Below, piece after piece: positions 1 through 5,896 of a stretch of 5,896 nt of DNA. Position 1 is the stretch's first letter. Each line of letters begins with the position of its first letter. The DNA lies in the NCBI RefSeq assembly GCF_006345805.1, contig NW_021829512.1:1-5896 (forward strand), written 5' to 3'. The DNA is from Octopus sinensis. Its lineage: Eukaryota. The translations under genes and the position numbers were made by a program. The notes under the pieces were generated by a model. It saw only the letters and a program-made list of their open reading frames with translations. It did no database searches and was not told where the DNA came from.

Positions 1-56
1 AGTTCGCACGAAATAAAGTGCAAGATCCACGGTGACCTTCGCTCTCTTTAGTTCAT

Positions 57-377
57 ATTTATTTATTTATGCGCCCTTTTCAAGCCTAGCCAGGGTCATG
101 GGCCCGAATTTCCCGGTTTCTATGGCGTATGTGTTTCCCCCCAGCTGGACGGGACGCCAGTCCATCGCAGCGTTACTCAAGAAACAGGAAGAAAGAGCGA
201 GAGAAAGTTGGGGGCGAAAGAGTGCAACAGGGGTCGCCACCACCCCCTGCCGGAGTCTTGTGGAGCTTTTAGGTGTTTTCGCTCAGTAAACACACACAAC
301 CCCCTGTCTGGGAATCGAAACCGCGATCCTCTGACCGCGAATCCGCTGCCCTAACCACAGGGCCATAGCGCCACCAC
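57..377 (-). mobile_element. tRNA-derived SINE, full-length copy 1 of a tandem array
   Basis: The minus strand begins GTGGTGGCGCTATGGCCCTGTGGTTAGGGCAGCGG...GGTTTCGATTCCCAG, a tRNA-like head with an A-box (TGGCCCTGTGG, 355-365) and B-box (GTTTCGATTCC, 311-321). A CORE-like segment follows (TTGTGTGTGTTTACTGAGCGAAAACACCTAA), then a GCGATGGACTGGCGTCCCGTCCAG motif resembling the V-SINE domain (from recall), and an (AAAT)n tail at 57-68. Confidence 0.85.
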
Positions 378-384
378 AAAATAA

Positions 385-690
385 ATGCGCCCTTTTTAAA
401 GCCTAGCCAGGTTCACGGGCCCGGTTTCCCGGTTTCTATGGCGTATGTGTTCCCCAGCTGGACGGGACGCCAGTCCATCGCAGCGTTACTCAAGAAACAG
501 GAAGAAAGAGCGAGGGAAAGTTGGGGGCGAAAGAGTACAACAGGGGTCGCCACCACCCCCTGCCGGAGTCTTGTGGAGCTTTTAGGTGTTTTCGCTCAGT
601 AAACACACACAACCCCCTGTCTGGGAATCGAAATCGCGATCCTCTGACCGCGAGTCCGTTGCCCTAACCACAGGGCCATTGCGCCTCCAC
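385..690 (-). mobile_element. tRNA-derived SINE, full-length copy 2 of the tandem array
   Basis: Direct repeat of copy 1: 141-377 versus 454-690 differ at 7 positions by manual count, with no indels. A-box at 668-678; B-box at 624-634 (ATTTCGATTCC, one change relative to copy 1). Confidence 0.85.
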
Positions 691-697
691 AAAATAA

Positions 698-805
698 ATG
701 TGCCCTTTTTAAAGCCTAGCTAGGTTCACGGGCCCGGTTTCCCGGTTTCTATGGCGTATGTGTTCCCCAGCTGGACGGGACGCCAGTCCATCGCAGCGTT
801 ACTCA
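698..805 (-). mobile_element. SINE 3' portion only, copy 3 of the array (5'-truncated)
   Basis: Matches 385-492 with 2 substitutions. It ends abruptly at ...GCGTTACTCA (805), exactly where inverted mariner sequence begins. Confidence 0.85.
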
Positions 806-814
806 TTTAAATGA

Positions 815-871
815 TTATTCCGGAGCATATTCACCATCTACTTCAATTACTGCTTCCCATTTGCTTGGCAG
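815..871 (-). pseudogene. mariner (DD34D) transposase C-terminal remnant, inverted relative to its own 3' UTR/TIR
   Basis: Minus-strand 871->815 translates LPSKWEAVIEVDGEYAPE*, matching the mariner C-terminal pattern L-P-x-[RK]-W-E-x-x-[IV]-x-x-D-G-x-Y (compare Mos1 LPERWEKCVASDGKY). Confidence 0.8.
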
Positions 872-968
872 AATAATCATTTAAAGAAGTTTCTGTTAAA
901 TGTTGTTTTGGCTTTGTCGAATAAAACTTATTGAAAAAAAGCCGCAATAATTATGCACCAACCTCATA
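871..968 (+). mobile_element. mariner transposon 3' end: stop codon, 3' UTR, right TIR and TA
   Basis: GAA TAA (871-876) repeats the end of the transposase frame, and AATAAA lies at 920-925. CCGCAATAATTATGCACCAACCTCA (942-966) followed by TA (967-968) closely resembles the Hsmar1/MADE1 right TIR CCGCAATTACTTTTGCACCAACCTAA+TA. Confidence 0.8.
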
Positions 969-975
969 TAAATAC

Positions 976-1199
976 CTATTTCTTTACTACCCACAAGGGG
1001 CTAGACACAGAGAGGACAAACAAGGACAGACAAACGGATTAAGTCGATTATATCGACCCCAGTGCGGTAACTGGTACTTAATTTATCGACCCCGAAAGGA
1101 TGAAAGGCAAAGTCGACCTCGGCGGAATTTGAACTCAGAACGTAACAGCAGACGAAATACGGCTACGCATTTCGCCCTGCGTGCTAACGGTTCTGCCAG
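976..1199 (-). mobile_element. tRNA-derived SINE (Meta/MESC-like central domain), flanked by a 13-bp TSD
   Basis: Minus strand has an A-box-like TGGCAGAACCG (1188-1198), a B-box GAGTTCAAATTCC (1124-1136), then GAGGTCGACTTTGCCTTTCATCCTTTCGGGGTCGATAAATTAAGTACCAG, resembling the conserved MetaSINE/MESC domain (from recall). An exact direct repeat CTCATATAAATAC sits at 963-975 and 1200-1212. Confidence 0.85.
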
Positions 1200-1218
1200 C
1201 TCATATAAATACAAATCA

Positions 1219-1345
1219 TATTTGCCCGCAGAGCGAACTGGAGTAACGTGAAATAAAGTGTTTTCCTCAAGAACACAACACGCTGCCAGTAATCGAACTC
1301 ACGACCTTACATTTACGAGCCAAACACCTCTAACCACTAAACCAC
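1219..1345 (-). mobile_element. CORE-type SINE, 5' half (tRNA head plus CORE-like domain), diverged
   Basis: Minus strand has an A-box TGGTTTAGTGG (1334-1344), a B-box GAGTTCGATTAC (1289-1300), then GTGTTGTGTTCTTGAGGAAAACACTTTATTTCAC, similar to the CORE domain and to the equivalent part of the 57-377 element. Confidence 0.75.
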
Positions 1346-1637
1346 AGGCTTAACCACCAAGCCAGTGTCCACTAGACAGCATGTCAGGTGATGGAGAGTA
1401 ACAATACTTCCGTTTCTCATTCAGTCTCTTTCTGTCTGAACATCTCTCCTGTATATTTATCTCGTTCGCTAAGCTTACATTTCCGTGTGTGAGGTGAACT
1501 CAGCCAACCAAGATAATATCACTTCAGACTTTAATTCATACATACTTTAGCACCGATGTATTAAATTGGAAGCTGGTAATTTAATAATCATTCACTCTTT
1601 GACAATAAGTAGGTCTACCATCGTACACGTAGGTGGT

Positions 1638-1682
<45 letters not shown>

Positions 1683-1932
1683 AAAGTACGAGTGTGTGCA
1701 TTTATGCTAACAAATATATATGCTTATACACACACACACACATATACACATAATTATCTTTATCCATGCATAAATATTCATAATATACATATAAAACTAT
1801 ATGTATATACACACATAATACTTCTTTATTCATAGATAAATATACATATAAAACTACATGTGTACACACACATATATGAATTATATATATGAATTATATA
1901 TATACATATATGTATGTGTATGTATGTTATTA

Positions 1933-1975
<43 letters not shown>

Positions 1976-2047
1976 TGTATATATGTATGTATTATATATA
2001 TATATTTATAATATACATATATATAATATATATATACACATATATAC

Positions 2048-2084
<37 letters not shown>

Positions 2085-2086
2085 CC

Positions 2087-2118
<32 letters not shown>

Positions 2119-2145
2119 GATATAGATATATAGATATATACATAC

Positions 2146-2176
<31 letters not shown>

Positions 2177-2201
2177 GTATATTATATATATATATATATA
2201 T
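1638..2201. repeat. compound microsatellite field (TG)n/(TA)n/(CA)n/(TATG)n
   Basis: Visible dinucleotide and tetranucleotide runs, mostly interrupted (TA)n. Confidence 0.95.
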
Positions 2202-2302
2202 TTCTATTTCCCTGTTTGCATCACCATGACTATATACACGTGCATGCAAATGAGTGTAACTGCGTGTCTGTATAAATTTTTGATGTACTTTTAGATATCT
2301 CA

Positions 2303-2340
2303 TGTATATAATATATATATATTATATATATATACATACA

Positions 2341-2385
<45 letters not shown>

Positions 2386-2640
2386 GCATTCTATGTATAC
2401 ACGTCTTAGCATACATAAATCTGTTTATCTGTGTATACATATATGTAACTATATGTATGTATGCGTGTATATGTGTGTTGTTTGATTGTGTGTGAGTGTG
2501 TGTGTGTAGAGAGAGAGAGAGATGATATATATACACACATTTATATGCATTTATATGAGTGTACGCATATATCTACGTGTGTAGTTGTGTGTGTGTGTGT
2601 GTGTTCGGGCGTGTGTGTGTGTGCGTGTGTGTTGTGTGCA
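2303..2640. repeat. compound microsatellite field (TA)n/(TG)n/(GA)n
   Basis: Visible runs: (TA)n about 2349-2382, (TG)n, and (GA)n about 2508-2522. Confidence 0.95.
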
Positions 2641-2875
2641 ATTGAATGTAAATAATATTCACTTCAGATTGACAAAAATCCGTAGCACCCAGCACCTGTT
2701 GTGCCATTGTGCAATCTCTGTGATTTAATATCTGCCTTACGACTCAAGTTATCCACTCGAGTTTCATGTTCGATTATCTGCTACACCCAGCTTTCCTCCA
2801 TATTTTGACAAGAGCTTCTTTAAAACATTAAATCACTAAATATGAAACTTATTTAAACTCTCTTTTACTGATTTA

Positions 2876-3049
2876 TTTGCTGAAGAGCGATTGAATCATC
2901 TTCTTCGCGAAAATCCGCGTCAAACCACCAGAGAAATGTGATAAAAAAAAATTGGGGTGAATCATATTCATTCAATGGGCAAGCTTCAGGAACTCGGCGC
3001 TTGGATGCCACACTGAGCAAAAACAAAACTCAACGCTCCACAATCGCCG
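2876..3049 (+). pseudogene. decayed mariner transposase fragment (second HTH region, WVPHEL-type linker)
   Basis: The frame from 2876 reads FAEERLNHLLRENPRQTTREM**KKIGVNHIHSMGKLQELGAWMPH, then after a frameshift LSKNKTQRSTIA. This parallels mariner L..+I...P..TTRE...HL..+GK+..L..WVPHELS..K..R. In-frame stops at 2939-2944 and a frameshift near 3013 make it non-functional. Confidence 0.85.
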
Positions 3050-3051
3050 TA

Positions 3052-3304
3052 TACTCTTACTCTTTACTCTTTTACTTGTTTCAGTCATTTGACTGCGGCC
3101 ATGCTGGAGCACCGCCTTTTAGTCGAGCAAATCGACCCCAGGACTTATTCTTTGTAAGCCTAGTACTTATTCTATCCGTCTCTTTTGCCGAACCGCTTAG
3201 TTCCGGGGACGTAAACACACCACCACCGGTTGTCAAGCGATTTTTTTTTTGGGGGGGGGGACAAACACAGACACACATACATATACATATATACGATGGG
3301 CTTC
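3052..3304 (-). mobile_element. SINE 3' portion with short-repeat tail, (TACTCTT)n on the + strand, 5'-truncated
   Basis: Tandem TACTCTT(T) tail at about 3052-3075. The body TTGTTTCAGTCATTTGACTGCGGCCATGCTGGAGCACCGCC...GCCGAACCGC...GACGTAAACACACC...GGACAAACACAGACACAC is recalled as an abundant octopus SINE. It shares ATCGACCCCAG...CT(A/G)GTACTTA with the 976-1199 SINE and has an internal inverted copy at 3303-3376. Confidence 0.8.
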
Positions 3305-3376
3305 GATTTGTTCGACTAAAGGCGTGCTCCAACATGGTCGAGATAGAATGACTGAAACAAGCAAAAGATTAAAAGA
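3303..3376 (+). mobile_element. 3' tail fragment of the same SINE family, opposite orientation
   Basis: TCGATTTGTTCGACTAAAGGCGTGCTCCAACATGG...AATGACTGAAACAAGCAAAAGA is an imperfect reverse complement of 3061-3135. Confidence 0.85.
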
Positions 3377-3417
3377 ATATATATATACTGAAGCAAGCAA
3401 AATATTCAAAGAATGAA

Positions 3418-3647
3418 ATATATATATATATATATACATATATGTATTTATGTATGTATATATATATATATATATCTGTATATGAGTGTATATATGTGCG
3501 CATATGTGTGTGTGTGTGACTGTATATGTTCATTTGTGTACATATATGATGATTGTGCGTGTGCATGTGCGTATATATATGAATATGCGAGTGTCTATAT
3601 ATGAAGGTGTTTATCTGTATATATACGTTTATGCATATGTGTCTATT

Positions 3648-3682
<35 letters not shown>

Positions 3683-3766
3683 ATGTGTGTGAGAATATAT
3701 ATATATAAATATATGTATGTGTGTGTATGTATGCACTCACACATACTTTACTACACACGTGCGCAC
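3418..3766. repeat. compound microsatellite field (TA)n/(TG)n
   Basis: Visible interrupted dinucleotide runs. Confidence 0.95.
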
Positions 3767-4159
3767 ACCTTTGTGTGACATTTCATATACGAGATTTTTA
3801 TTTAGGCCTCTGTATTCACGGCAAATTAAACTCGGTTTTACAGTTAATACGAGTAAGTTCATATCAGCAAATTGCAAAGAAAACCGTGTTAACATGGCAG
3901 TTTTGCATGCAATTATCGCTGCTTGGATTAATTCGAACAATTAATAGATTACTTATATTTCGCTGATGTATTAAACGATTTACTCGAGGCAACAGCTTGC
4001 GCGATCATTTTTCCAAACATTTGTGAATTTCTAATGAAACTTTGATTTTATTCAGAGGAAAGGTCGCTGGGTTTTGCATATATTCGACACACGATGTCAA
4101 AATGGCGAATGTAAAATCTATTTTATTTATGTAATTTATTGATGTATTTGTTTAAAGAG

Positions 4160-4320
4160 TTAGTCCAAATCTCGCCGTTGTGGTCACTGAGATTTGAACA
4201 CATTCGGCACACGACGGCAGTAAGTTCAAATCTCACCCATCTTTTTCTTTTTAATTTTATGTTCTTACTCCTTCCGTGGTCGAGAAGCTAAAACACGGAG
4301 GCTTATATAATCGGCTTTCT
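4160..4320 (+). mobile_element. highly degraded Meta/MESC-like SINE remnant(s)
   Basis: B-box-like GTCCAAATCTCGCCG (4163-4177) and AGTTCAAATCTC (4223-4234). TCCTTCCGTGGTCGAGAA (about 4268-4286) resembles TCCTTTCGGGGTCGATAA of the 976-1199 element. Boundaries are uncertain. Confidence 0.4.
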
Positions 4321-4456
4321 ATTTCCCATGTCAATACAAACAAGAGAAAATTTGCAGCCTTACTTTTAAGTAAGTAAAAAAAAAAAATAGTTTACTATGC
4401 CTTCCACGTAACGTTCCGGTAGAGTTTTAAGCACGATTTTAATGCTATTTTACACC

Positions 4457-4600
4457 GGCATCTTGGCTAAGTGTCTTCTATTATTGCCTCGAATCAACTA
4501 ATGCCTTCTAAGCGAATTTGGTAGACGGAAACTGAAAGAAACTTGGTTTATGAGTGTGTGTGCGTGTATATATATATATATAGAGAGAGAGGAGAGATGA
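4457..4600 (+). mobile_element. diverged SINE internal fragment (CORE-like segment plus body) running into a microsatellite
   Basis: GGCATCTTGGCTAAGTGTCTTCTA is CORE-like. GAATTTGGTAGACGGAAACTGAAAGAA followed by (TG)/(TA)/(GA) repeats is recalled as the 5'/central part of the family whose 3' part lies at 3052-3304. Confidence 0.65.
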
Positions 4601-4730
4601 GTGTATTTTTCCCTTGTCAACAATTAACACGGAAAAATAGATAAATAGTTACCAGGGTAGCAAAAAACCACACAAGTAAACATGTGTCGAAAGTAAAAGT
4701 ATTGATTTATACCTGCGTTAAAAACTCCAT

Positions 4731-4740
4731 TTATATATAT

Positions 4741-4783
<43 letters not shown>

Positions 4784-4818
4784 TATATACACACACTTAA
4801 ACATATCTATATATATAC

Positions 4819-4858
<40 letters not shown>

Positions 4859-5000
4859 TAGGTGTATATAAAATATTTTATACGTGTATATATATAGATA
4901 TATATATGCGTGTATACGTGTGTATAATCTTATATATGTATATGTATATGTGTGTACACGTATACACACACATAAACACACACACACACATACACACACA
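4731..5000. repeat. compound microsatellite field (TA)n/(CA)n
   Basis: Visible interrupted (TA)n ending in (CA)n at about 4964-5000. Confidence 0.95.
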
Positions 5001-5132
5001 CGAAAAGATAGCTTAAACTGTGCTCTAAATGGAAGTGTAGTCAAATCCTATTTTATGGACTCAACCATGTTCTACAATAAGTGGAAAGGTAAGCTACTAT
5101 AAATCTGCACGAACTTTCCGGGCAACCCAATA
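4999..5132 (-). mobile_element. mariner transposon terminus (TIR plus about 100 bp subterminal sequence, probably the 5' end)
   Basis: The minus strand from 5132 reads TA|TTGGGTTGCCCGGAAAGTTCGTGCAGATTT, a typical mariner TIR pattern (TA-TT[AG]GGTTG..AAAGT..) comparable to the TIR at 942-968. The 5' assignment and the inner boundary rest on recall and are less certain. Confidence 0.65.
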
Positions 5133-5409
5133 TATTTTTAGTATATATGTCTATATAAAAATGGTGAACGACTTGACTGGGACTTCGACTCCAATTTGAG
5201 TCCCCCCTCAGAGGCAGCGTACATTTGATTCTGTCTGTCAATGGAGGAATATGTATCTAATGACGGACAACCCAATATATTTTTAGTATATATGTCTATA
5301 TAAAAATGGTGAACGACTTGACTGGGACTTCGACTCCAATTTGAGTCCCCCTCAGAGGCAGCATACATTCGATTCTGTCTGTCAATGGAAGAATATGTAT
5401 CTAATGACG
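5119..5409 (+). repeat. two-copy tandem duplication, 145/144-bp units
   Basis: 5119-5263 versus 5264-5407 show 4 substitutions and one C-run indel (C6 vs C5) by manual count. CG occurs at the start of each unit and at 5408-5409. Confidence 0.95.
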
Positions 5410-5570
5410 TCATAAGCTCCCCAAATACGAGACTCCGTGAAAAGAAAATTCCCGCTGGCGTAATGTTCGTACGGATTTTAGTATCTTTCTGTGCTATTTT
5501 CGATATAGATATGTATTTATCTTGTATCTATTTGGTAGGGGCATATTCTTGCAATTAATTTAATTAGCTC

Positions 5571-5598
5571 GTGTGAGTGTGTGTGTGTGTGTGTATGT
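5571..5598. repeat. (GT)n microsatellite
   Basis: GTGTGAGTGTGTGTGTGTGTGTGTATGT. Confidence 0.9.
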
Positions 5599-5896
5599 AC
5601 TAGAATGTTACCCGTTATATAATGCTTAACTTCAGAAGTATACTTTTACTGGTGTGGATAATATCAGAAATTATGTCATCCGTACCTTAATTATAAATCT
5701 TGTATTTATCAATTTTCTCGCTGTTTATACAAAATGATGAAATGAATACTAGTTACAGCATATCCTATGCTGTATCGCTGTTGCCAAAAATTGCCATCTC
5801 ATATAAACATTAACATGTAAAGGGTTAATATAGGATGGGATAATTAGAAAATATTTTATACGAAACAGTGGAAATATTTCGCGGAATTAAACATTA

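Noticed and set aside
300-690. tRNA genes at the SINE heads (about 305-377 and 618-690)
   Set aside because: A and B boxes are present, but I cannot build a complete cloverleaf, and the heads continue into SINE body and tail.
32-1251. ORFs 32-289 and 931-1251
   Set aside because: They are antisense read-through of SINEs with non-ATG starts and no protein motif.
698-1345. SINE tail 698-805 and SINE head 1219-1345 as one element split by the mariner insertion
   Set aside because: There is no clean TA-flanked junction, and the head appears more decayed than the tail. It cannot be supported without a consensus.
1566-2655. ORFs rich in Y/I/C/V/H/T (1566-1835, 1858-2133, 1914-2177, 1992-2303, 2300-2536, 2461-2655)
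   Set aside because: They are translations of (TA)n/(TG)n/(CA)n repeats, which lack stop codons, and they overlap on both strands.
2720-2836. 10-bp inverted repeat GTGATTTAAT / ATTAAATCAC
   Set aside because: Short and AT-rich with no TSD, so compatible with chance.
2938-3351. 137-aa ORF (and antisense 3081-3335) as a real gene
   Set aside because: It is a chimera of mostly out-of-frame mariner sequence (only LSKNKTQRSTIA is in the transposase frame) and SINE sequence, with a GTG start.
3717-3966. Three short overlapping ORFs (75, 81 and 67 aa)
   Set aside because: No recognisable motif; two start within the microsatellite, and the lengths are compatible with chance.
3233-5102. Further low-complexity ORFs (3233-3439, 3369-3758, 3413-3604, 3486-3692, 4718-5044, 4884-5102)
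   Set aside because: Same microsatellite artefact, with no recognisable domain.
942-5132. The two mariner TIRs as ends of one composite element
   Set aside because: They are in the same orientation on the + strand and differ substantially in sequence.
57-5409. CRISPR array or prokaryotic defence system
   Set aside because: There are no short regular repeats with unique spacers and no gene-dense organisation. The repeats are 313-bp and 145-bp duplications in eukaryotic-type DNA.
5053-5413. ORFs 5053-5241 and 5138-5413 with repeated peptide
   Set aside because: The repetition reflects the 145-bp DNA duplication, whose period is not a multiple of 3.

Overview
This is AT-rich, non-coding eukaryotic DNA (intergenic or intronic), built from transposable-element debris and long (TA)n/(TG)n/(CA)n microsatellite fields. 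No intact protein-coding gene is supported; the ORF track is mostly microsatellite translation or read-through of repeats. Supported content: a head-to-tail array of about 2.3 tRNA-derived SINEs (57-805); a mariner 3' end with an inverted transposase C-terminus (806-968); a second SINE family with a 13-bp target-site duplication overlapping that mariner TIR (976-1199); a CORE-type SINE head (1219-1345); a decayed mariner transposase fragment with the WVPHEL-type motif (2876-3049); two SINE 3' tails in inverted orientation (3052-3376); a second mariner terminus (about 4999-5132); and a 145-bp tandem duplication that starts inside that TIR. From recall, the repeat families resemble octopus/cephalopod repeats; this is an inference, not a database result. 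I find no convincing new multi-gene system. The most notable signals are the local rearrangements at both mariner ends and the Pol III-like cassette organisation of the SINE array.
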